This document shows, piece by piece, positions 10,053 to 18,389 of a DNA stretch of 64,000 nt. A program made the translations under genes and the position numbers. Every line of letters begins with the position of its first letter. The stretch's first letter is position 1. Origin of the DNA: Candidatus Thorarchaeota archaeon (GTDB lineage: Archaea; Asgardarchaeota; Thorarchaeia; Thorarchaeales; Thorarchaeaceae). The notes below the pieces were generated by a model, which worked only from the letters and a program-made list of their open reading frames with translations, was not told where the DNA came from and made no database searches. Where the stretch lies: assembly GCA_003345545.1 (NCBI GenBank), contig PRDH01000081.1, positions 1 through 64,000 on the forward strand. The letters are read 5' to 3'.

Positions 10053-10622
10053 CTAGAGTGATTCACCCTCTTCTTTCATGCTCTTCTTGGATTCTGCCCA
10101 CCAATCACGGGATTCTTTCTGTTCTGTCCAAGGTTTGGTCGGTTCCGGTAGTGGTGCTCTCCAGAGAATTAGTAGACCCACTATCATCTGAATCGGCAAT
10201 GGGATGAGGAACCAGTCTGGAAAAGAGAGAGAGAGAGAAGTAATTAAGGCTACTATGTTACCTGGTAGATACACGCCATCGCCAATGAGAATGATGAGCG
10301 CAGTTACTTTTCTTGTCGAATTTCCACGATAATATCTGATCATCTGAAGGACTGGTACTAATCGTAAGCAGAGAAATGGTAGTACTCCATCGAAAAAATG
10401 GTTGATTCTAAATAGCCTGAATGAATCTAGAGCACCATCCCAAAGAAGGGCAATGAAGTAATAATTCGTTTCATAGCCAATGCGAGAGATGATTAACGAG
10501 ATTGGAGCTGCAAGTGCTAAGATTGCCATAATTGTTCCCCAAAGTAGTGTTCTTCGAGACCCGACTTGCTTTGATTCTCCATCCTCTGCAGGCTCTCTCC
10601 GAGTTTCACCCAACGCAACCAC
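10053..10622 (-). CDS. Hypothetical membrane protein (paralog of 54777-55289)
   Basis: About 4-5 TM; C-terminal IPLP..VGLLIL...TKPW. Confidence 0.65.
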   Translation of the reverse strand: MVALGETRREPAEDGESKQVGSRRTLLWGTIMAILALAAPISLIISRIGYETNYYFIALLWDGALDSFRLFRINHFFDGVLPFLCLRLVPVLQMIRYYRGNSTRKVTALIILIGDGVYLPGNIVALITSLSLSFPDWFLIPLPIQMIVGLLILWRAPLPEPTKPWTEQKESRDWWAESKKSMKEEGESL

Positions 10623-10759
10623 TGAGTAGGGAGTATTGATGCATTGTATTGTATCTTTTGTAAAACCTGAGAATCAATTAGGAGCTGACGTTCCACTTCC
10701 CTAAGGAATGGATTATTAACTTAGCACATCACGAATGCGATTGTCTAAGGGTGAATGCA

Positions 10760-11590
10760 ATGTCCTTACACTCAAAGCACTTTGCACTGCCATATCTGCG
10801 TGAAGAAACCCTTCCGAGCACCTTTTGCAGTGGGTGTGGCGCAGGGGAAGTAACAAATGCCCTCATCAGAGCAGTGAAGGATCTTGGTCACGCTGACCTC
10901 AGCAAGTTCTCCTTCGTTTCAGGCATTGGCTGCAGTTCTTGGATTACGTCACCCTACTTCAGGGCTGACACTCTTCATACCACTCATGGCAGAGCTATTG
11001 CGTTCGCCACAGGATTGAAGCTTGCTAATCCAGACTTGAAGGTAATTGTGATCAGCGGTGACGGTGATCTTGCAGCCATTGGTGGAAATCACCTCATCCA
11101 TGCAGCAAGACGCAACATCGATATGGTCGTCATCTGTGTCAACAATTATATCTATGGCATGACTGGCGGACAGGTCGGTCCGACGACCTTTACTGGAGAC
11201 CGGACAAGTACGTCTCCCTATGGAAATCCAGAACGTCCTTTCGATCTTGCTCGTCTTGTTGCTGCAGCGGGCGCCAACTATGTGGCCCGATGGACAACTG
11301 CTCACCCTGTTCAAGCCGCACGTGCCATAAGAACAGCCATTGAAAAGAAAGGATTCTCCTTTGTCGAGATGATATCCCAATGTCCAACAGCGTATGGCCG
11401 TCGGACCGGTACCGGTAGCCCTGAAGAGATGATTGCTTGGTTCAAGAAGTACCCCGTGCGCAAGAAAGACGAGCCAGTAGAGCAGAGAATTCCCACGAGG
11501 GATGGACTGGATCTGGGAGTCTTCGCAGACCGCAATGAGATTGAGTTCATTGACTCAATGAGAGCAATCTACAGGAATTTGGAGGCATAG
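10760..11590 (+). CDS. korB: 2-oxoacid:ferredoxin oxidoreductase beta subunit
   Basis: FCSGCG, SGIGCS, HTTHGRA, GDGD TPP motif, NNYIYGMTGGQ. Confidence 0.92.
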   Translation: MSLHSKHFALPYLREETLPSTFCSGCGAGEVTNALIRAVKDLGHADLSKFSFVSGIGCSSWITSPYFRADTLHTTHGRAIAFATGLKLANPDLKVIVISGDGDLAAIGGNHLIHAARRNIDMVVICVNNYIYGMTGGQVGPTTFTGDRTSTSPYGNPERPFDLARLVAAAGANYVARWTTAHPVQAARAIRTAIEKKGFSFVEMISQCPTAYGRRTGTGSPEEMIAWFKKYPVRKKDEPVEQRIPTRDGLDLGVFADRNEIEFIDSMRAIYRNLEA

Positions 11591-11596
11591 GCCCTG

Positions 11597-12121
11597 ATGA
11601 GAACTGAGATTCGCATTGCAGGCACAGGCGGAATGGGCGTTGTTCTTGCGGGTGTGATTCTCGGGCACGCAGCAGTTGTGTATGGCGGACTTGATGCCGT
11701 CCAGAGTCAGAGCTACGGTCCTGAGGCACGCGGTACAGCTGCTAAGAGCGAAGTGATAATCAGCGATAAACCGATTCAATACCCAAAGGTCCGTCAATCA
11801 GACTATTTCGTTGCCATGTCACAAAAGGCATTTGAGATGTACCTGGGTGGTTCGAAGAAGGGCAGCGTCATCATTGCTGATCCCGACCTTGTGGAGACTG
11901 AGAGTATCAAAGGTTTTGAGATTGTGAAGGTGCCGGCGATGAAGACCGCTGATGAACTCGGTCTCAGACTTGTTTCGAATATGGTGATGCTCGGAGCTCT
12001 CGTGAAGAAGGCTGAGCTCTTTCCACTTGATGTTCTGGAAAAGACACTGCCTGAGTTCGTGCCTCCAAAGGCGCTAGAGCTCAACATCAATGCAGTTCGT
12101 GCCGGTGCAAAATTCATCTAA
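11597..12121 (+). CDS. korC: 2-oxoacid:ferredoxin oxidoreductase gamma subunit
   Basis: IRIAGTGGMG, QSYGPEARG, NMVMLGA. Confidence 0.9.
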   Translation: MRTEIRIAGTGGMGVVLAGVILGHAAVVYGGLDAVQSQSYGPEARGTAAKSEVIISDKPIQYPKVRQSDYFVAMSQKAFEMYLGGSKKGSVIIADPDLVETESIKGFEIVKVPAMKTADELGLRLVSNMVMLGALVKKAELFPLDVLEKTLPEFVPPKALELNINAVRAGAKFI

Positions 12122-12396
12122 CCGCCATGGACCAGCGGTACTATCATAATGACGTCTCCATCGTCTATCAACGAACCGAGCCCTCCGGTCACTCCGATGT
12201 CCACCTCATTGCAGAGTATCATTGAGTCACGGTCAATCTCAGCGGGGCTATTCCATATAGTCTGCAAGTACGAGTCCTCCCGTATCAACAAACTCAGCAG
12301 CTCAGATGCAGTGATAGTGTCCTGAACCTTGACTTCCACAGAGCCGCCCGTAATGCGCCCCGCGATGGGACCCCGGAAACGAACAATCACTGTCAT
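12118..12396 (-). CDS. MoaD/ThiS/Urm1-SAMP ubiquitin-like protein
   Basis: Beta-grasp size; ILCNEVD...DGD...VHGG di-glycine C-terminus. Confidence 0.88.
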   Translation of the reverse strand: MTVIVRFRGPIAGRITGGSVEVKVQDTITASELLSLLIREDSYLQTIWNSPAEIDRDSMILCNEVDIGVTGGLGSLIDDGDVIMIVPLVHGG

Positions 12397-12496
12397 CGTG
12401 TTTCATCACTCTTGGTTGCTGAGAGAATGCTTGATAAAAGGCTTGTTTCATGTTCAAGTGTCCCTTCGCTACAGGGAATGACCGGAGGCGGCGCCC

Positions 12497-14002
12497 ATGA
12501 CTCTAGAGAACAAGCCCTGCCAGCCTGAGGTATCATCGAGCAGATACGCTCGTATGTTTGGTCTGGAAGGAGCAACATCCGATGCTGTTCGTCTAGTGAA
12601 GATATTATTTGTCCTGCTCCCCGCCTTTGGAGCAAGCTTTCAAATCAGCACCACATTCTGGATGATCTTCATTGCAGAGTCACTAGGAAGCGGCGATTAC
12701 ATCGCTGGGCTCACACTTGTCGGAATCCTTGTTGTCATTCAGATGGCAGTTCAGACCATTCTTGACTATCCTACAGGCGTGGTGGGGGATTGGATTGGCC
12801 AGAGATACATACTGGCCTCTGCCCTCCTCTGCTATGCCGCAGCATTCTGGCTCTCTGCACAGATTGTCAAGGACACTCCGGCTCCCTTCCCCATCTATGT
12901 GGCAATCTATTTCCTCTTCGGACTTGGTGCCTCGCAGGAGAGTGGAGCTTTCAACGCTTGGTTCGATAACAACTATCGGGTAGCAATGCCCCATGATGAA
13001 GGCCGTAAGATGTACGGCGTGTTTTGGGGCCGCATGGGTATGATCTGGCAGGTGTCATCAACACTGGTCCTGATCCCTGGCTCCTGGCTTGCATGGTATT
13101 TTAGTGAACAATGGGTCTTCAATCTCCAGGCCATCTTTGCAGTCTTTCTGGCGATAGTTGTGTTCAGACTCATCCGCGACTTGCCTGGGGTCCGAAAAGA
13201 GCAGGAGAACCGCCCAACCATCAAAGAGTATGGTACCCTACTAAAGGATGGATTCAAGTTTCTGTGGTCCTCTCGGTTCGTTACATACATTGTCCTAGGC
13301 GGGGTGGTGCTATGGAGCACTGGGCCTGTCTGGTGGAACCTGATTCTATTCCCTCTATATTTCAGTTATCTTGTCACAATGGTGGCTGTTTCTGCATTCC
13401 GTACCTTCATCTTCATCCCCGAAGCCATTGAAACCGAAAGAAGTGGTGTGCTGGCGAAGAGGTTCGAGCCAAAGAAATGGATTCCACGTTTCAGGTTCCT
13501 GCAGTTCACGGGTGTCATCTTCTATTTACTTCTGGCGTTGATTGTCTACGTCTTCCCTAGAGCAGACCCAGACACTACTGAATTCGTGAGTGTTCTGATT
13601 CCCTTTACGAGTCTTCCTTTGATTGAGATTCCTGTCCAGACCCTGGTCCCCATAGTTCTCATCTTCATTCTCTTTGTGGCTCTGAACATGTTTGGGGCAA
13701 TTGCAGACATTCTTACTCAACGTGTTATGCTGGATGTCGTTCCAAATCGAATTCGTAACTCACTGTATTCCCTACAGCCCACACTGGTCATGGTGATCTC
13801 AATGCCTCTCATCGTGTTCTTCGGATGGCTCTTGCCTCAATCTGGCGGATTCACACTGAGCCTAGTCATCTGTGCGTTCATCTCTCTCATAGGAACGTTG
13901 ATGATAAGAGAGGCTTTCAAGAACCCAATCCCGGTCGCTGAAGCTGTGGTTGAGGCAGGCAAGAAAGAGAGTGAGGAAGTTCAGAAGATGGAAGTCACCT
14001 AG
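12497..14002 (+). CDS. MFS transporter
   Basis: DYPTGVVGDWIGQR motif A; about 12 TM. Confidence 0.85.
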   Translation: MTLENKPCQPEVSSSRYARMFGLEGATSDAVRLVKILFVLLPAFGASFQISTTFWMIFIAESLGSGDYIAGLTLVGILVVIQMAVQTILDYPTGVVGDWIGQRYILASALLCYAAAFWLSAQIVKDTPAPFPIYVAIYFLFGLGASQESGAFNAWFDNNYRVAMPHDEGRKMYGVFWGRMGMIWQVSSTLVLIPGSWLAWYFSEQWVFNLQAIFAVFLAIVVFRLIRDLPGVRKEQENRPTIKEYGTLLKDGFKFLWSSRFVTYIVLGGVVLWSTGPVWWNLILFPLYFSYLVTMVAVSAFRTFIFIPEAIETERSGVLAKRFEPKKWIPRFRFLQFTGVIFYLLLALIVYVFPRADPDTTEFVSVLIPFTSLPLIEIPVQTLVPIVLIFILFVALNMFGAIADILTQRVMLDVVPNRIRNSLYSLQPTLVMVISMPLIVFFGWLLPQSGGFTLSLVICAFISLIGTLMIREAFKNPIPVAEAVVEAGKKESEEVQKMEVT

Positions 14003-14012
14003 TATCTGTATC

Positions 14013-14966
14013 TCACATACCGAGAGAGAGATGAAGAACTTCGGGATTTAGTCCTCCTGCATGATATACCGCTCCACTCTCAATGTGATTGAATGTGACC
14101 TCGGCAGGACCGAAGAGCAGTGGGTCCACCCTGTTGAAGTCAGAGTTGACACTCTTGAACAGATCATAGAAGGGTCGACCGTATTGGCTCGATGTGGATG
14201 ACGGTAGTTTCTCTACAATTGCCCTCAGATCATCACTATCCTTGTCCACATGGTAAAAAGTTCTCCCACCGTACAATATGCAGTCATTACCCAGAGCCTT
14301 TGCCCTGTTGTCATTCTTTGTCACTGGTGCGATCGGGGCAACACCATGACCTCTCTTGATTCGGTTGAGGTCGAATCCAATCTGGCGAAGCTTGTGAAGT
14401 CCGACCCCGACAACTCTTGAGGAACTCTGAACCGAACCCGCAACACTCGCTGTAGGCACCAAGATACAATACAGGCTCGATGGTGCAATTCCACATTTTT
14501 CGGCGATATACTCAGTTACTTCTTCTGTGGGTGCCACCCTCGTTTCAAGTACAATCACGCCCTCCTTTGAAACATCATGATAGTCTATGTTCTCATAGAG
14601 TTCCTTCTCCTCCCGTGCCAAGGATCTAGCTGGACCGGCGCCCATTGCATGAAACTTGCCCACTTTGATATTCCATCCCGCGTATTGCGAACCAAGTGTG
14701 GCAATCTTCGGTTGCTCGGCGCTGACTATGACTGCAGGCAAGTCGAGGTCTCCAACGAACATTCTGGTCAGTCTGACGACTCCGAGTCCACCAAGACAGG
14801 TCTCTCCGATGAGTCTTCCAAGCTCTGGCGTCCCCGCGCAATCAATTCCTGCATCAATCAGTGTAGTTCCCGACCCTATCTCCTTCACGATGCAGAGGAG
14901 TTCCTCCTTTCTGTCAAGTATCTCCTTGACGACCTCAAGTGCTCCCTGATTCACACTATGATGCAT
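14013..14966 (-). CDS. mch: Methenyl-tetrahydromethanopterin cyclohydrolase (Mch) homolog, catalytic Glu replaced by Gly
   Basis: IDAGI, CLGGLG, GSQYAGW, MGAGPARSLA, PTASVAGSVQ, NDCILYGG, YGRPF. Confidence 0.85.
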   Translation of the reverse strand: MHHSVNQGALEVVKEILDRKEELLCIVKEIGSGTTLIDAGIDCAGTPELGRLIGETCLGGLGVVRLTRMFVGDLDLPAVIVSAEQPKIATLGSQYAGWNIKVGKFHAMGAGPARSLAREEKELYENIDYHDVSKEGVIVLETRVAPTEEVTEYIAEKCGIAPSSLYCILVPTASVAGSVQSSSRVVGVGLHKLRQIGFDLNRIKRGHGVAPIAPVTKNDNRAKALGNDCILYGGRTFYHVDKDSDDLRAIVEKLPSSTSSQYGRPFYDLFKSVNSDFNRVDPLLFGPAEVTFNHIESGAVYHAGGLNPEVLHLSLGM

Positions 14967-15116
14967 ATCTGGTCACCTTGGTGAACGGTTTGTTTTTCAA
15001 AGAACACACGCACATTCCTTTGCTTGTCACGCAGAAATCTATTGTGCACTTGTCATGTTTCATACCATACCAGATTATTAAGTAGAGAGTGTTCAGGATA
15101 CGTGGATGCATCATCA

Positions 15117-15731
15117 ATGGAAGAGATCACTCTCTGGGGCGAAACAAAAAGGGGTGGGAGAGTAGTAGAACGGGTCGACCCCAGTACAACATCAATCAAT
15201 CTTGGCGACAAGCGAATTGGTTCAATTGACCTTGCCCCGCTCGGCCAGTTTCTGAATCTTGAAGTATTGACACTCTCTGGAAACGAGATTCAGAGCCTTG
15301 ACCTCTCAGTCCTACATGGCAATGGCAGTCTGCTGGAACTCAACCTCGGGAGCAATGAACTTGAGGTCATTGACCTCTCACCTTTGGAAGGCTGTACTGG
15401 TCTGATGCATCTGGACCTCTCATTCAACAAACTCAGAACTCTCGATCTTGCACCTCTAGGGGGCTGTACTAGCCTGCAAGCACTCCATCTCTACGAAAAC
15501 AAGATTGAGCGCATAGACCTCTCACCCCTCAAGAAGTGCAAGAAACTGCGGAACCTAACTCTGACGAAGAACGAACTCACCTCTTTGGATATATCGGCTC
15601 TGTTCGATTGTCCAAGTCTTATGCAGTTGGGCCTGGATTCAGAGGTGACTCTGACTGCAGCTGCCAAATTCAAAGGAGCCAAGACACCTCGTGCTCTAGC
15701 ACTACTTCTAGGCAAGATTCAGTGGCGATAG
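15117..15731 (+). CDS. Leucine-rich repeat protein
   Basis: About six 22-aa repeats LxxLxLxxNxLxxIDLxPLxxCxx. Confidence 0.88.
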   Translation: MEEITLWGETKRGGRVVERVDPSTTSINLGDKRIGSIDLAPLGQFLNLEVLTLSGNEIQSLDLSVLHGNGSLLELNLGSNELEVIDLSPLEGCTGLMHLDLSFNKLRTLDLAPLGGCTSLQALHLYENKIERIDLSPLKKCKKLRNLTLTKNELTSLDISALFDCPSLMQLGLDSEVTLTAAAKFKGAKTPRALALLLGKIQWR

Positions 15732-15761
15732 CGCTCTCCGAATTTGACTTGGATGACATCC

Positions 15762-16019
15762 TTATTTCTCCTCCTCAAGCCAAGTGCTGCTTGGTGCCTG
15801 AGTATTCTGGAGTGCTCCTCTTGATTGTAAATTCCGGCTTCTCCAGCAGAGGGCCAGCCACGCAATCGCGGTGAAAACAAACAACCATAGATTTAGAACT
15901 ACTGCCTGCTGCATCCACACTGGATGCATGTTTGTTACAAACGTCCCTCCAATCAGGAATCCTATCCCCTCAATAATCAACACGGCTTTCAGGAAGGAAC
16001 AGATATCTCTTTTCTCCAA
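15762..16019 (-). CDS. Small 2-TM hypothetical protein (possibly a fragment)
   Basis: Two hydrophobic helices; TTG start. Confidence 0.4.
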   Translation of the reverse strand: MEKRDICSFLKAVLIIEGIGFLIGGTFVTNMHPVWMQQAVVLNLWLFVFTAIAWLALCWRSRNLQSRGALQNTQAPSSTWLEEEK

Positions 16020-16482
16020 GATTCACGCCCTGTATATTTCGATGGCTCTTGCCTATAACTTCTCACCTGGGAAGTCCTTACTCTCAACGAGTGGCCATTC
16101 ATCAGGGTCTGGAGAGTACGCAGTTGTTCATTTTGTTCAGATGGACCTTGCCAGTTTCAGTGATGAGCCTAGCAAGAGTGATCATGATCATCCGTGGAAA
16201 GAACTATGAAAACGCTCTCTGTCGCTGGGAGTGATGGACCAGCATCGGCACAGGAGAAGGAAGCCAGGTCTGTATGAGGGATTCAATCCCGATGACGTAG
16301 ACAGCGTTCCTGCTAATTCTAGGTTTCGTTTGAGGTTTGGGAGGGGGCGACACTGGCAGGAGAAGGGCAGAATACAGGTTTCTTGCTGTTGGTGGTATGT
16401 CCACAACAAAAAGGAAGAAACGGGTCATCGGTAGCTTAGCTGGTTATTACATTGCATCGATGCCAGCTAGTGAACAAGAAAG

Positions 16483-16590
16483 TGGAGCCCTTGGCGAGAT
16501 TTGTTCCACATTGAGTAAATCCCAACGTGCTTGAACTCGCGACTTCCTCCTTACCAAGGAGGCGATCTAACCGGTCTAAGCTACAAGGGC
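16483..16590 (-). tRNA. tRNA-Thr(GGT) with 30-nt T-loop intron (58/59; 16501-16530)
   Basis: Acceptor GCCCTTG/CAAGGGC, anticodon arm CCTCC-TTGGTAA-GGAGG, GCGAG-TTCAA|intron|AT-CTCGC, encoded CCA; BHB with central helix GTTC/GAAC. Confidence 0.92.
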
Positions 16591-16864
16591 GTTCATCGAG
16601 AGGGCGGCGAGAATGCTGAGATAAAGGTTTCGAAGAGGTGATGTTGTTCAGTCACCCAAAGACCAGTCACCAACCATGCAGAGTTTGTTCCTCCCTCTAA
16701 AGATGGCCTAGAACTCGATGAGAGGCTGATTAGGTAGGTAACGGCTCTTTTTGCATAATAATCATATCTTATCCCGTACCATGTTTTCCGGCTTTCCAAA
16801 ACTGCTGTTCACTGTAGAGGAGGTTCGCGCAAATCAGTCGATTTTACCTCCCCATAGCAACAGT

Positions 16865-17107
16865 CTAGTCGTCGGACAAATCGTCATCATCAAGATTGTG
16901 CTCAAATCCGGCAAAGAGATATTGATGCATCAAGGGTGGAAGTCTTTGAATGCCTGGAGCTATTGAGATATGCTGTCTGGGCTCAATCTCTGCCTGTTGC
17001 TCAAGTGTAATTTTCTGCCGACGATCTACCTCTTCTGCAATGACCACAATCATCACAATGAACACGATTGCCAATAGCCAGAGCAAGACTGATTCCTCCC
17101 TACGCAA
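16865..17107 (-). CDS. Small single-TM hypothetical protein
   Basis: N-terminal hydrophobic helix, acidic tail. Confidence 0.45.
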   Translation of the reverse strand: MRREESVLLWLLAIVFIVMIVVIAEEVDRRQKITLEQQAEIEPRQHISIAPGIQRLPPLMHQYLFAGFEHNLDDDDLSDD

Positions 17108-17229
17108 GGTATCTGCATTACTCTATTGAACTGAAACCATTTAGTTCTTGTGAGTGGTCTGGGTAGAGCCGCGTGTTGATTCCAGATTGATTTGGCGGTG
17201 TGCGCCTACGTCTTGCCTTGAAATAGGAA

Positions 17230-17586
17230 TCACTCTGTGCCATCCAACTGAGGGGACTCTGCTGCAGGTTTCTCTCTGACTCCGTAATACGTTGCAATGC
17301 AGATCAATGCGTAACAGAAGATTGTGGTGAATATCACAGACCCACCATAGAGGAGATTGAGCCACTGACACTCAGAATCATGAAATAGGTTCCAGAGCAC
17401 AGATATCACAGCAGTAGACAGGACGACTAGTATGAAGACGAATATCATGATTCTTGCCTCTCTCCTCGTTAGTCCGGCTTTCCGCGAGCTCCCTAGCCAG
17501 TAGAGCGCGCACATTATGCCAAGAAACAGTAGACTACCGACAAGGAGGGGTATGGTGGAATTGGATCCATCAACAATCGTTTCCAT
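17230..17586 (-). CDS. Hypothetical 3-TM membrane protein
   Basis: ATG with upstream GAGGAGGA; three hydrophobic helices. Confidence 0.6.
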   Translation of the reverse strand: METIVDGSNSTIPLLVGSLLFLGIMCALYWLGSSRKAGLTRREARIMIFVFILVVLSTAVISVLWNLFHDSECQWLNLLYGGSVIFTTIFCYALICIATYYGVREKPAAESPQLDGTE

Positions 17587-17644
17587 TTCCGGAAGTCCTC
17601 CTCAGGGCATGAAGGAATATCAATCGATCCGGAGATAAACGACA

Positions 17645-18052
17645 CTAAGAAGGCACTGAGTCAGCAGTTTCTACCTTATGCTCGATAGAGAACCATCTCG
17701 AGTTGTATTCTTCCACCAGATAAGCAACATCCTTGCACGATTTTCGGAGTCGTTCATCTTCTCTGATTTTCTTTAGAGATTGAATCACAATATAGGCACC
17801 TAGAAACGAGAGCGCGACTATACCAATCAGGAATACGGCAGCGAACAACAGAACCGATTCAATTGCGTAGTAATCGGATGTAGCAATGAGAATAGTCACC
17901 AACGACATGGGGACAGTGAGAATGCCAATGCCTGTTCTCAGCTCTGCAAAATGTGTCCGTTTCTCGGCGTCGATTGTCCGGATGAGTGCAAGCAGGGTTG
18001 ACATATCCTTGGTTTCGTCGGTCAAGTGCCTTGTCATTTCTTTCTCATTCAT
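17645..18052 (-). CDS. DUF202-like membrane protein
   Basis: EKRTHFAELRTGIG resembles the DUF202 ERTxLAWxRT motif; 2 TM. Confidence 0.6.
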   Translation of the reverse strand: MNEKEMTRHLTDETKDMSTLLALIRTIDAEKRTHFAELRTGIGILTVPMSLVTILIATSDYYAIESVLLFAAVFLIGIVALSFLGAYIVIQSLKKIREDERLRKSCKDVAYLVEEYNSRWFSIEHKVETADSVPS

Positions 18053-18305
18053 CTCTGAGCCAAGGGTCGCCTGGCTTCAGTTGTTTTCCGTGCACTCTGC
18101 GGTTGCCTATCAGTCGTGATGCCTCTTCTGGACCCACCAGTTCAGCTATCTTCTTGAATGCCTGTGGAGAATCTATCTTGTCCAACCACCTTGCAATCTC
18201 TTTTTCCACAGAGGGAGGGAGGTCCTTTGCTAGCTTCTTCTTCCTCTCCTTCTCGTTGAGATTGAAGTCATCAGGTCCTAGTAAGCTCATATTACTCACT
18301 ATCAA
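18045..18305 (-). CDS. Hypothetical protein
   Basis: Charged ORF overlapping the next gene by 8 nt; true start may be the internal ATG (MSLLG). Confidence 0.55.
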   Translation of the reverse strand: MIVSNMSLLGPDDFNLNEKERKKKLAKDLPPSVEKEIARWLDKIDSPQAFKKIAELVGPEEASRLIGNRRVHGKQLKPGDPWLRDE

Positions 18306-18389
18306 CTACTGATTGACCGTTATGACCTTATTCATACATGAACTCCTAATCACTCGGCCAAAGGAATAAGAAATAGAACGAGGCTCCTG

